Part shown: positions 1 through 10,828 of the stretch, piece after piece
How positions within the stretch are numbered: the stretch's first letter is position 1
Layout: each line of letters opens with the position of its first letter
Assembly: GCA_000002445.1 (NCBI GenBank)
Contig: CP000071.1
Location: forward strand, 480,001-544,000
DNA: 64,000 nucleotides
Direction: 5' to 3'
Source of the DNA: Trypanosoma brucei
Taxonomy: Eukaryota
The notes under the pieces: generated by a model
What the model was told of the DNA's origin: nothing
Seen by the model: the letters and a program-made list of their open reading frames with translations, nothing else
Databases searched by the model: none
Position numbers and translations under genes: made by a program

Positions 1-12
1 TGCCCTGAAAAG

Positions 13-3000
13 TTGCACATGCTTCCGGTGCTTTTGAAAGCTTGTGGCGGTGACGCGAGGAAGCTTCTGAGGCAGCTCACTGCAAAGTACGGCTCCCCTA
101 CCCCCGCCGCTTTCTCGGACAAGACCATCCTTGACGAAGGGCGTAGCTGTGATGGTTCTGGAGATCGTTCAAAGAATGGGCGATTCAATTCTGTGACACC
201 GTCGCTGCTCCCGTCGGCTTTGAAGGTAGGCGCGCTGAGGCTAACCACTGGGGGTATTCGTTGCTGTGTCGAAATGTCTGTGAAAGACACCGACAAGCCA
301 CATCATCACCAATGGTGGTACATTCCCGCCACACCTCTTGCGAGTGTTGTGGGTGAGTGGGACAGTTTGATTGCTCACGGCGTGCTTCCACCCTCCACCG
401 CGCTAGTGCAGTGCTTGGACGCCCCTCTTCCTGCTGAGCTCCTCCGTGAACGGCGACCCAGCCGAGACGGACTGGCGTGTGTGAGCTGGTCTACGAGCGC
501 ACAGTCCCTTGTTGTGCAGTCTCGGCTGCTGCCGCACGAAACCCCACTGAAGTTCCGTCCATTCGAAAGTATGGCACAACCCTACAACCCCGTTCGAGTT
601 GACTGTGTAAAGCTTGTGAACAACGTAATTGTTGTGTGTGTGATGGGTGCGACACGTGATGAGGAGATTAAGACTGTATTGATGGTTTATGTATTGGATG
701 CTCTCCGCGACGTGGCAACGCAACCGGTGTTCGAGCAGGAGTTGGTAATACATAACGTGGCGACTTTTTTCATGTGTGATACCGGTGGTCTTTTTGTACT
801 ACGGCGGGACTCGAAATCCATCGTGCGCTGGATGCGTGTTACCACCAATGGCGTTGGAAGCGGACACTGCTGGAGGGAGTATTGTGTTCGCGGAGGTTCT
901 GAGTCACAAGAGGCCATTACCACGATGGCCCCGCTGTATACAAAAAGTTCCGGAATGAATTGTCATTGCTACGAGGGTGCTTCCTGTACGCACTTTGTGT
1001 ATGTTTCATCCGAGGAGGGATTGATCAAAGTGTGTGAAACGAGCCCTAAAAAGGACTTGCGGTCCGCTTTGAAGGGGGAGATCATCGTAGAAGAAGGTGG
1101 TAGCTGCCCATATACCGAGGTGGGTCGCACTAGCACCCGGTGTGCTAAGGTGGAATTGTATCATCCTACGGTAATAACACTACTGTTAGCCATGCACCGG
1201 CCTCGAGTGGCGCGGGCTGCACTCGAGGGTATATTGGAGAGTGCAGCTGAAGCATCGGTGGCTTCGCAGAGCGTGGACGACAGCGGACCACGGCGGGTGG
1301 CGGAAGTACTATGCCAAAATTCCACAAAAGGACCACTCGACGCTTGGCCCGTGCCTGCTGCCACCGAAGAGATCGCTGGGGTGGCGGTGAGGACCCACCA
1401 GCTGGAGGGAGGCGAGGAGGAAAATTTGTGTGATTATGCTGCAGCATTCGGGCTGGATATTCCGCTGGAGCTCCTTGATCAAATGACGGAGGTTGTCATG
1501 CATGCGAAACTGAGAGGTCTCAGCAGCCAGGAGCAGTTGACACTTCTTTGCACTGTGGAGAGTCTGCGGGCGGTTAGGGTGTCTGGCGTTGCTAACGACG
1601 CAGGGGCCTCTCGTTGTCTCTTTTCGCATAAGTTCCTCCAGCTTCAACAACGGAGGCGTGCTGCTGTAGCGTCCGCTGAAAGTCTTCCCGCGAACCACAC
1701 CAGTTTTTTGTGGGCAGCTCTCTCCGACTGCCAACCTCAGCTGCTGGATGTTCTGTCAGCCACAGATGGAAACGTTTTGTCATGGGCAAACGTGGAGGTT
1801 TCTGGGGTGCCATTTTGGTTGGATTCAGTTCATCGTCTCCGCGCAATTGCAGAACGCGTGGCCCGAGAGCAGTACCAGCGAAGTCGTGACGTGCGGGAAT
1901 GTGCACTTATGTATTGCCTTGCGCGGAAACCCGGCGTCATCTCTGCGCTCTGCAGAACTTGCGGGAACACCAAATTAGAGATGTTTTTCTCTCGTGACTT
2001 TAACGAGGCGAAAAATCGCTCTGCTGCGTCGGCCAACGCATTTGCTGCCGTCAGCAAGAATTTGATTGAGTACGGTGCTGCCTTTTTCGTGCTGGCCGCC
2101 GAACCGCGAAATGCAGCCCAGGTCTTGTTGCAGCGCGAAGGCAACGTCTCTCTTGCCCTCTTTCTTATACGTATCGCGACTGATGATAATCCCGATGATT
2201 TGTCTTGGTTCATCGAGCAGCGCAGGCTTGAGGAGACTTCTTGTGGAGCAATGAGTAAGTCAGAGGAGGCGTGCCTTCTCTGGCGAGGCGGCCGGAAGCA
2301 CGAAGCACTGTCGTTGCTCACAGTGCAAGCACCGCTCCACGTCTTGGAGGGCGCCGACCGACTCGCACTGCTCAAGTTTGCCAGGCGGCGTACCGGCGCA
2401 GAAAGAGGGCCTGCACAGCGGGAAATGCTCCGATTGTTGATGCACACCGTGCGACTGTCGCATGCTGCTGGGATGAGGTTGCCTACATCACTGTTTTGCC
2501 AGGAAGCATTATCGTGGTTACTGGGGTTGTCGAAAGAAGACGCCGGGGATGACCCAACAGCACAGGGGAACGGATCGGCTGCCAATAGGGTGGCCACCTC
2601 AGGGATTGTTGCTGATTTCAATTCAGGTACGCTAGCGTTCAACGCATTCGATATGGACGGTGACGACGGGGAGCGGGGAGAGATGGCGGCGTCATCGCAG
2701 TCACCTGAAGTAGCCGTCGCCTCCCCTATGTCTGAAGCAGTGTCAGTTCCAACGGTGAGGGCGGGTGCGGGGGAGATTTACCGCATTGATCCCGCCATTG
2801 TCTACTCATTGTTGCGAGAACTGGATTTCATTAGGGAGGAACTTCAGAATTCGGTGAGTACTCAGCCGCAGCAACAGGTGCAGAAGCACCAGAACACTGC
2901 AGTATGTGACATTCTATCGTGTGCGGCGCGCCTGCTGGTTGCCGTCGGTGGACGAGACCCGGCTGCCGGTGCGTTTTCCTGCTTACAACAGATGCTGGAA

Positions 3001-5529
3001 TGCCTACCGCAGGGACAGTGGGGTAAAAGTTGTGTTGACCGTCTTTCTGAATCCCCTCGTTATGCGGAGGGGGAAGGCAATGGGATGGGGCTGTGTACCG
3101 TTATCATCGCGTTGCGCGTGTCATTGATGTCTGTCGCCACCTATAATAAAGACTGTGCACTGGCAACTGCGCTTCTCGGTCTTCCGATGATAGATGACAT
3201 CCTATTGGTGGAGGGTGCGCAAACGGTAACAGTGAATACTATTGCTGTGTATGTGCGCACGGTATGCCACGTTCTGGAGAATCTGAGGTCGCAGACGGCA
3301 GAGTGGGCGCAGGAGGAAGAAAAGAGGGAAACATCTATGGGCAGTGACATGCATGGGGTAGATGGTTCCGAGTCGCTTAATTTTGCTCTATATAACCCGT
3401 TTGAGGGGAGCGGCAGCGCCGGCAGCGGCGTTAGACCTAACGATAATAGTGGGAGGCTACGAAATGACAAGTTGCGTGCGATGCTGCTGGTTTGGTGCAC
3501 TGCGCGCTTACATTTATCCGCGCTTAAAGAGTTGCTCCTGGAGGCATCCGGTCTGCGTTCAGCATCACAAGATTCACAATCAACCCAAGTAGCGTTGCAG
3601 CAATGGCTCGTGAGCTATATGCTCTGTCGCGTAACGCTAGACTTCAATGCTGCAGCTGTGCAATTTGTGGGTGATGTCGTTTCCGTCCTGCAGCTGCGTG
3701 ACCCTTTGCCAGCGGACCCTAACGGTGTTTTCATTGAGGTAGAGCAACAGCTCCTCCAGATAGCCGGGGTATTAGGGCACAGTTTGCCCACTGCCACCAG
3801 TTTGCTGGGCGATAATGGTGTGTGTGAGTCGTGTGGTCAGCAGCAACGCTACGTAGATTTGTTGAAGTTATGCGTTTCCCACTCCGAGGTTTTTTGTCAG
3901 ACTACAACGTGCAATACGAGTCTGTCGGGTATGACGGAGTCTGCGCTTACCCTTTTGAGCAATACCGTAGCTCCGCGCACCGTGGAAAATTTGCTGCACG
4001 GTCGCTTAGTTCAAGGCACGAAGGAGGCGCTGCGGTTTGTTGAAGCCACATGGTTACAGCGCCATTTAACGCGTCACAACTACCGTGAGCAGTTTCTTTC
4101 ACCCTTGCGTGAGGGTCCGTCAGTGCTTAGACGTGACGAGAGCCTCGTGCTCCAGCAGTGTGGCCGTGCTGTCACAAGTGTGGATTATGATCGATCCTCC
4201 CACGATGTGATTGTTTGGGCAACGGCAGCAGACGTCTCTGTACGAGGTGGCTATTGTGGTATGCTTTCAAGACCCAATGACACTTCTCCTGTGGTGCGAC
4301 CACGGGCTGATAATGGCGGCCCATCCTTTCACCCGACACGTGAGGGAGGTGTGACGGGTTTGAGTCCGGGGGGATCTTCGAGGGAAGGAGTTTTGTTTGG
4401 ATCTCCGATACGATCCCTCACGAAACCGGCCGCTAGTCCAAATAGCACTCCGGGGAGTGACCGCAAACTACTTTCAAGGCGACCCAGTCTTCCGCTCCTG
4501 GATGGCAGCCGCGTTGCTGCACACCCGCGGCTGCCCTTTTTTTCCGCACCGCACTTGGATGGTTGCATCGACTTTTACTCGTTCACCGCTGCGGAGTGCG
4601 TAAAAACTTTTGATTGTGGAGACAGTCGGGCGGTGACAGGTGTCGCATACTCAACTGACGGTTGCACTTTTGTGGCCGGGTTGGAAGACGGCAGTGTTCG
4701 TGGTTGGCGTTTTGATCTGCAACCCGTGGACCGCGCTGTCCAACCCCTCTTTGTGTACCATGTGCTGCCCACCGGCGGTATCCGAACGGTGATGTTCTGC
4801 GGGGCGTCGCAGTCACATATTGCGGTTATTGGATTTTCCTATGATAGCCTTGCAACTGGCCAGCGGAATCCAGAGGAGGAAGAAGGTGTGTGTGGCCTGA
4901 GGGGTGAGCCTAAGCCAGCATCAGCAAAGCCTAAATCGAAGAAGGGTTTGCTCGGGTTTCCACGGTTTGGAAATTATGAGCGTAACACGACTGAACTCTT
5001 GCTGCTGGTAGACCTTGTCCTGCGTCCCGGAACTTTCGCATGGCAGGAGCTATCAGTTGTGCCTGAACACGCGGTGTACATAAAAGGCTTGGATAGCATC
5101 ATGTGCATATCAACTAATGGGGCCGTTGCCCTGTATGACATGTGGAGCTCCCGATTGTACACTTTTGTGCGGACGCCTAACGTAACTGTAACGTGCGTGG
5201 CCGCAAGTTATCATGATGATATTGTTGCTGTGGGTCTTGTGGACGGTGCTGTACTGCTTCTCCACTCCAACTCCATTCGCGGCGCGGTGCAGGCTTGTAA
5301 TGGGTCTACCTCACATGTGGCCTCAGAATGTGTGGCTGAGAAGGCGCTTGCATCGAAAGAGAGTCTGTTGCTCAAGGCATCCAGGTTGCAACTGATACCT
5401 TCGACTTCCCCTCGCTGTGATGTACACAGTGTCGTGTTCACGCCTTCCGTTATGCTCGCTGGTCTCGGAGACGGGAGAGTACTCGCGGTTGGTTTTCCAT
5501 TTAGTACCATCAAGTTCGGAAAGGCGTGA
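13..5529 (+). CDS. Large hypothetical protein, 5'-partial (frame open to window start), with WD40-like repeats near the C-terminus
   Basis: The 1838-aa ORF is open from the first base of the window; its apparent start is only a TTG. C-terminal segments such as 'VTGVAYSTDGCTFVAGLEDGSVRGWRFD' and 'DDIVAVGLVDGAVLLLHS' fit the WD40 pattern GxxDGxVxxW. Strand and spacing match the other genes. Confidence 0.6.
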   Translation: MHMLPVLLKACGGDARKLLRQLTAKYGSPTPAAFSDKTILDEGRSCDGSGDRSKNGRFNSVTPSLLPSALKVGALRLTTGGIRCCVEMSVKDTDKPHHHQWWYIPATPLASVVGEWDSLIAHGVLPPSTALVQCLDAPLPAELLRERRPSRDGLACVSWSTSAQSLVVQSRLLPHETPLKFRPFESMAQPYNPVRVDCVKLVNNVIVVCVMGATRDEEIKTVLMVYVLDALRDVATQPVFEQELVIHNVATFFMCDTGGLFVLRRDSKSIVRWMRVTTNGVGSGHCWREYCVRGGSESQEAITTMAPLYTKSSGMNCHCYEGASCTHFVYVSSEEGLIKVCETSPKKDLRSALKGEIIVEEGGSCPYTEVGRTSTRCAKVELYHPTVITLLLAMHRPRVARAALEGILESAAEASVASQSVDDSGPRRVAEVLCQNSTKGPLDAWPVPAATEEIAGVAVRTHQLEGGEEENLCDYAAAFGLDIPLELLDQMTEVVMHAKLRGLSSQEQLTLLCTVESLRAVRVSGVANDAGASRCLFSHKFLQLQQRRRAAVASAESLPANHTSFLWAALSDCQPQLLDVLSATDGNVLSWANVEVSGVPFWLDSVHRLRAIAERVAREQYQRSRDVRECALMYCLARKPGVISALCRTCGNTKLEMFFSRDFNEAKNRSAASANAFAAVSKNLIEYGAAFFVLAAEPRNAAQVLLQREGNVSLALFLIRIATDDNPDDLSWFIEQRRLEETSCGAMSKSEEACLLWRGGRKHEALSLLTVQAPLHVLEGADRLALLKFARRRTGAERGPAQREMLRLLMHTVRLSHAAGMRLPTSLFCQEALSWLLGLSKEDAGDDPTAQGNGSAANRVATSGIVADFNSGTLAFNAFDMDGDDGERGEMAASSQSPEVAVASPMSEAVSVPTVRAGAGEIYRIDPAIVYSLLRELDFIREELQNSVSTQPQQQVQKHQNTAVCDILSCAARLLVAVGGRDPAAGAFSCLQQMLECLPQGQWGKSCVDRLSESPRYAEGEGNGMGLCTVIIALRVSLMSVATYNKDCALATALLGLPMIDDILLVEGAQTVTVNTIAVYVRTVCHVLENLRSQTAEWAQEEEKRETSMGSDMHGVDGSESLNFALYNPFEGSGSAGSGVRPNDNSGRLRNDKLRAMLLVWCTARLHLSALKELLLEASGLRSASQDSQSTQVALQQWLVSYMLCRVTLDFNAAAVQFVGDVVSVLQLRDPLPADPNGVFIEVEQQLLQIAGVLGHSLPTATSLLGDNGVCESCGQQQRYVDLLKLCVSHSEVFCQTTTCNTSLSGMTESALTLLSNTVAPRTVENLLHGRLVQGTKEALRFVEATWLQRHLTRHNYREQFLSPLREGPSVLRRDESLVLQQCGRAVTSVDYDRSSHDVIVWATAADVSVRGGYCGMLSRPNDTSPVVRPRADNGGPSFHPTREGGVTGLSPGGSSREGVLFGSPIRSLTKPAASPNSTPGSDRKLLSRRPSLPLLDGSRVAAHPRLPFFSAPHLDGCIDFYSFTAAECVKTFDCGDSRAVTGVAYSTDGCTFVAGLEDGSVRGWRFDLQPVDRAVQPLFVYHVLPTGGIRTVMFCGASQSHIAVIGFSYDSLATGQRNPEEEEGVCGLRGEPKPASAKPKSKKGLLGFPRFGNYERNTTELLLLVDLVLRPGTFAWQELSVVPEHAVYIKGLDSIMCISTNGAVALYDMWSSRLYTFVRTPNVTVTCVAASYHDDIVAVGLVDGAVLLLHSNSIRGAVQACNGSTSHVASECVAEKALASKESLLLKASRLQLIPSTSPRCDVHSVVFTPSVMLAGLGDGRVLAVGFPFSTIKFGKA

Positions 5530-6194
5530 TCGTGAAGGGAAGCACTTGCGGTAATTTTCGACACTGATCTTTTGCCCCCATATTTTCTGTTCGGTGGGTT
5601 GTCGCGAACCTCTGCGTTTCGCATTCGCCGATACCTGTGTTGCTTTATCTGACTTTCCTCGATGGTGATATATATTTTGCCTTCCACGAGGCGAACGCGA
5701 CATCCTTTATTGGTGCTTTCCCTATTAGGCTGCCATTTTGTGCTTCTTTTTTCTTTTCGTGGGATTGACGCAGAGAAGACCCACTGCTGCTGCTTGTTTG
5801 AACGTTTCCGTGCCTATGATTCTATTTTTTTTTAAAATTCTTTCCTGTGATCCACATGTCCTTAGTGTGAGGTGTGTTGCTCGGAGCGCTGTGTTTTCCT
5901 TCTTTTCCACCAACTATCACCTTATTATTCTCGTTGCCTGAAATGTTCACTGTCAAAAAAAAGTACCACCAGGCAAGCCAACCCAACCGAACATTGGTGT
6001 AAGAACACGCAAAAGCACGTGTACGAATACGAATTCAGTCGCCTCAATTTACGTCTGGGCGCGCGTTCATCAACCGTGGTAGGCATTGGAAAAAGGACAT
6101 AGCCAAACAGGGAGGAGGGTGGAACAATAGGATCAGGTGTGAGGTTTCCTTGAGTTTTGCTTTTTCTCATTATTAGTTCGATTCAAAAGCCGCG

Positions 6195-6506
6195 ATGCGT
6201 CGTTCATTCTCACGCCTCATTGGGGCTGACGGCGGCATCTTCATGTCAGCTGTGCACGATAAGCAGTATCTTCAGCACCGTCTTGCTACGCTTGGAAAGG
6301 CAGAACAACAACAACCTCTGTCAGAGGAGACAATTCAACGACTCACCACTTCCACTGGCAGCGCAGAATCCCTCTTTAACAAAGCCGCGGGCGCTCAGCC
6401 AACGAATATTGTGGATGAAGCGACAGGTGTGCCGGTGGGGAGTGTGCAACTCGATCCGGTGCGGTACGGCGATTGGGAGAGTAACGGACGCTGCCACGAT
6501 TTCTGA
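6195..6506 (+). CDS. Small protein with a DUF1674/SDHAF4-like C-terminus (succinate dehydrogenase assembly factor 4-like)
   Basis: The ORF starts at an ATG and encodes 103 aa. Its C-terminus 'DPVRYGDWESNGRCHDF' matches the conserved SDHAF4/DUF1674 tail (…EPTRYGDWE+KGRxxDF). A polypyrimidine tract lies upstream. Confidence 0.5.
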   Translation: MRRSFSRLIGADGGIFMSAVHDKQYLQHRLATLGKAEQQQPLSEETIQRLTTSTGSAESLFNKAAGAQPTNIVDEATGVPVGSVQLDPVRYGDWESNGRCHDF

Positions 6507-7357
6507 GCAGCACGAGAGGTATTTTGTGTGTCCAGGATAAATGAGGTTGTAGTGGATTATTTAGTTTTTCGTAACTTCTGCATATATGATCACGCTTTTT
6601 GTGTTGTACTATCAAATATCGACTGTTGTGCGTGTCCTATTCGGCCTGGGTAGTTCCTATCATGCTTTAGTGTGTTGTGCCTCACTGCATCTGAGACGTC
6701 GCAAACGCAGTGGGGGATTGGAGTGGCTGTGTGACAAAGGGAGTGAGGTTGACCATGAGTAGCGAGCAGCCCCACCCTATGAGTTGGAATATGTGTATTG
6801 TCTGGTAGTACAAGTTTAAGCGGCATCAACAGCGAGTGGGGGAAAGGTGAGATGAATTCATCTTTGTCCACATTTTCACACATATACTTTTTTGCAAGTG
6901 CGCACAACGGGGGTTGTCAGCACCAGCAGGCACAGCAAATGGTAGGCGGATGCATTTTCTTCTTTTGGGCGCGTGGGGGGGGGGAGAAGAGGATCGTCCG
7001 CACACTTCTTTAAGCATCTCTCTGTAGTAGGGTTATGTGGCCAATATATGCTGTGGTTTGGATGTGCGTGTTTGTGTGTGGAGGCCGACTCGAGCACGAA
7101 GTGTTAAGGTGGAGAGAAATTGATAAAATAAAGGAAGCAAGGGCCAAAGGAGTGATTCGGCAAAATATATTAAGTACGTTGTTCTGTTTCTTCTTTTTAT
7201 CTCTTGGCCGAAGAAAGAGAAACTAGTGTGAGCAGAGGAAGTGTATACATACATTGTGTAGGGTGTGAGAGGGGACGACAAAACGTAGGTGGAAGCAGGA
7301 GTGCAGCAATAATCTCATTTTTTTTTCTACTACAGCGGATACAGCATCTTCTGGGCA

Positions 7358-9163
7358 ATGGCAATGCAGTTATTTACCTTTGGACACCCCTGCGAGCATC
7401 AGCTACGCCGTCAGTGCATCGGAGGAAAAAGTTGTCCGCTGTGTGGCTACCCGAATGAATGGTGCTGCAGCTACATAAAGGGGAAAATCAACTTCAAACG
7501 AGATAAGCCATGTGAGGGTTCGCGCTGCCGCTGGAACTACCAGCACCCTCCCCAGTCGCTGTTCGACGCCGTGACGCAAGTTCTCAATGAGAGCCGCCCC
7601 ATCGCCTTGAAGATTGACGAAGGTGATGATAAGGAGATCCTTGCACTTAGCATAGACAACCACCACATCGTGGACACAGTGCAGTGCGCACTGCAGATGC
7701 TGCGCAACCCACCAAGCACTTACAGTGCCCGTGTGGGCCAACTGCTTGCTTACGCGGCACTACGGGCTCGTGATACAAAGGTGTTCATGCAGCTTCTCAA
7801 GACGATGAAGAAACCTGTTGACGGGTATATACTAGGTGCATATGACTATCTGATGAGGGGCACAATACCTGCTCCTTTGAACAGCAGCAGTAACACCGTC
7901 GGTGGCAATGCTAACAATAATAGCGTCAACAGTGGTAATAACAATTCGGCCGGCTCCAATCAGGGGCGAGCGGCGGCAAAAAAGGCCGGTACTGGAAGCA
8001 ACGGCAACAATAGCAGCAACAACAATAACAATGACAAGAAGGAAGACATCGCAGATGAACTAAAGAGTGACATGGTGGACCTCATGAACGCTGCGCTCAG
8101 CTCCGGTGGGCAGCTGGTCGACAGGGAAGATCAGCATACCTTACAGGCAGTTTTCATACAGTCGCTTCGAAGCTACCCGAAAAGCAATAAGAAACGGCAG
8201 GAGATGCTGGAATCGGCCGTTGCTATGTTTGGCTCTAAACCAGGACCCAGAAGCACAACGGCTGCGGTGACTGCAGTGGAGCAAACGCCGCCAAACAATA
8301 TAAGTGGTAATTCCAACAGTCCCCCAACAACAGCAGCCGTCGTGACTAATGCCACCAATAACAATAATAATAACAATAACAATTCTGCTGCCTCAAGGGC
8401 AGGCTCAGTTGCCGCCGCGACAGGGGGTGCTGTACCCGGGGCCAGGACGGTGGCACGAGTGGTGGAGGCGGCACAGGATGAAAATGTCAGCGTCCCGCAG
8501 CGGTCCGGCAGTTTCAGCAATACCAACAATAGCAGTGGCAATAGTGGAAATGCTAGTTACGTCAATGTGTGCAGTGCCGGCGCTGGTGCCACTACTGCCG
8601 CTGCCGTCGTGGCCGCTGCTGTGGCTGCCGCGGGAGCTCCGTCCCGCCGACCTCAGGGCACCACCGGATCCACAACTCCCGTCACCCCGGTCTCCACGCG
8701 TTCGAAGGAGCCATGCGTCCCTACGACAACCATCGCCCCCACCACTACAGTCCAACCCACCCGGCAGCAGCAACAACAGCAACAACAACAACGGCCCCCG
8801 CCACCCATTGTCGGTATTAGTCAGTTGGTTCAGCAGCCGAGGCAACCTGCGGCCTGCCGTTACGAGCCAATCCGCACAGATTTGCCGCTACCGAATATCA
8901 CTTTGTTTGGCGGTCTCTTCGGCCTTACGACCCAGTCCGCTGCATGGGCGCCGCTTGGTGCCGCAACGTCACGCAAAACCTCACCACCGTCCCTCCCGGG
9001 TGTTGTGGTGGGTAGCGGGGCCGCGACCCCGGGTTTGGCCGCAGATATGGATGAGAAGGCATTTCGCTTTCTTTCCCCCACAACCTCCGGGGTGAACTTC
9101 TTCGGTGGCATCGATTCGCTGCCGCCAGAGCATCAATTACTCAAGGGAATCTGCGATGACTGA
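7358..9163 (+). CDS. Low-complexity N/Q/T/A-rich protein with an N-terminal Cys/His cluster (putative zinc-binding)
   Basis: The 601-aa ORF starts at an ATG (MAMQ…). The N-terminus reads 'CEHQLRRQCIGGKSCPLCGY…CC…CEGSRCRWNYQH'. Long poly-N, poly-Q and poly-A/T tracts follow. An ORF at 8349..9095 in another frame is probably a low-complexity artefact. Confidence 0.55.
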   Translation: MAMQLFTFGHPCEHQLRRQCIGGKSCPLCGYPNEWCCSYIKGKINFKRDKPCEGSRCRWNYQHPPQSLFDAVTQVLNESRPIALKIDEGDDKEILALSIDNHHIVDTVQCALQMLRNPPSTYSARVGQLLAYAALRARDTKVFMQLLKTMKKPVDGYILGAYDYLMRGTIPAPLNSSSNTVGGNANNNSVNSGNNNSAGSNQGRAAAKKAGTGSNGNNSSNNNNNDKKEDIADELKSDMVDLMNAALSSGGQLVDREDQHTLQAVFIQSLRSYPKSNKKRQEMLESAVAMFGSKPGPRSTTAAVTAVEQTPPNNISGNSNSPPTTAAVVTNATNNNNNNNNNSAASRAGSVAAATGGAVPGARTVARVVEAAQDENVSVPQRSGSFSNTNNSSGNSGNASYVNVCSAGAGATTAAAVVAAAVAAAGAPSRRPQGTTGSTTPVTPVSTRSKEPCVPTTTIAPTTTVQPTRQQQQQQQQQRPPPPIVGISQLVQQPRQPAACRYEPIRTDLPLPNITLFGGLFGLTTQSAAWAPLGAATSRKTSPPSLPGVVVGSGAATPGLAADMDEKAFRFLSPTTSGVNFFGGIDSLPPEHQLLKGICDD

Positions 9164-10032
9164 GTGCCAGTGACTCGTAACGACGGAATGTTAGGAAAGA
9201 AGGGGTGAGATGATGTCATCGGAATCGAAGTGGGTGTGATGAAGAGGTGAATGGGGAAAGAAGTTGGCGAGTAGAGACAGACGTAATGGGAGATGAAAAA
9301 GGTTTCATGATAATGGGGAGCTGTTTGAGTCACCGTAGGCTTTTCTTTGACCTTCTTGATGCTTAACTAATCTGCTAGAGGAAGTGTGGTGCTTCCTGAA
9401 GGGAAGTTCTTGTTTGTGGTCAGCGCTTTCACACCCATTTTTTCCCGTTTGCGTTTCTACAATGTCCGTTGGGCAGTGTAAGCGGTTCTTATTCACCCAT
9501 TTTGACTTTTTTTCCTTTTATGAGAGTGGAGCATGCGTGTATCCATATATTGGGGCGGGAGGGGGCCGGTGTATGAAGGGGGGAAGGGGGGAGGTGAGCG
9601 ACGGAGAAGAAGGAATGAGGAGGGGCAATGAAGGCAGTATTGTCAAGGCCAGTATTTAGAACCGAATTTTGTTCTGGCATTTCCATTCCGTTAGAGAGTC
9701 CGTATTGCGGTGTCACTGTGCAGTGGTGCCTCTAGTTCTCTTTTTCCTGTTTTCGCTGACTTCGTTGTAAATACTACTGTACTATGCAAATGCATCTGGG
9801 CTTTTCAGCATCTTCTTCCCCACAAAATGTCATACCAACACCACGAATCAGTCTCACTGCTTCCCCCTTTTGTGCTCTTTCATGTGTTTGACTGCCTCCG
9901 AAAGCCATGCTCGAGGTTACCCAAATGTGTGACAAAATGCAGGAGAGTATATATATACATATACATATAATTGTTGGTCGTTCCTTCTTACATTATTGCA
10001 CCTGAGGTGACCCGTTTAGGTACTCGTGTTTT

Positions 10033-10036
<4 letters not shown>

Positions 10037-10069
<33 letters not shown>
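10037..10069. repeat. (TG)n microsatellite in an intergenic region
   Basis: 'gtgtgtgtgtgtgtgtgtgtgtgtgtgtgtgt' read directly from the sequence. Confidence 0.95.
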
Positions 10070-10071
<2 letters not shown>

Positions 10072-10828
10072 GCGGCTGTAGGGAGTAAGGCAGCGAACTA
10101 CCTGAATGACTGCGTGTTCGTTTGTGGAATTTACATTGGCGTACCTACCACTCGTGTCTGGTGGACGAAAACACTCATTTTATATTCCTACGTTTCCGTA
10201 TTTTTCTCTTTGACATTTCCTCTCCTCTTACCACACCCACAACTTTTAGAGAGTGACGGGGGACCAACCCAGTTGACAAGCTTCACGCGTTTTTTTTTCG
10301 CCATCATTATTACAATATAATTGAAGTGGTACCATCCATCGCAGGTAACCGCTGAAGTATTAGAAGCAGGGGAGCAGAAGGCCCACATCGGCGCGTACTG
10401 GCAGAAGAAAAAGCAACTAAATAATTAATTAATTTTAAATAACAAATAATAGGTAGTAGGTGGGTGTGGCTTAACTTTGCACTGTTTTCCTTTGGAAACG
10501 TGACAACAGGTTCAGCTAGTCCTCGGGGACGAGGAATTAAAAGGCACAGGGTCGAAAGACGGGCAGGGTGAATATAATAGGCGATTAAGGAGAGTAAAAC
10601 TAATATAAGTAAACAGAAATAAAAAGGAGGCGCCACTAAGAACTTGTCAGGAGAGGGCGACATACACACGCGTGCGTTCACTCATACACGTAAAACACGA
10701 TAGGGCCATCCGTTACACCGACATCGATAAAGACAACACCTGCGACGTGAAGTTAGGAGGATAGCCAGCAGAAACCGAGAAAAAAAGGTCAAAAAGGAGG
10801 CTGGGGAGTACTTGGAAGTAGAGAGAGA

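Noticed and set aside
1830-2642. Long antisense ORFs overlapping + strand genes (e.g. 1830..2642, 20248..20817, 31184..31699, 35957..36709, 57030..57635, 59286..59828)
   Set aside because: This is typical stop-poor antisense frames of GC-rich coding sequence or low-complexity DNA. They have no motifs and lie opposite to the polycistronic transcription direction.
8349-9095. 248-aa + strand ORF in an alternative frame inside the N/Q-rich gene
   Set aside because: It is proline/arginine-rich low-complexity translation of the same repeats. The 7358..9163 frame carries the Cys/His cluster and a proper ATG context.
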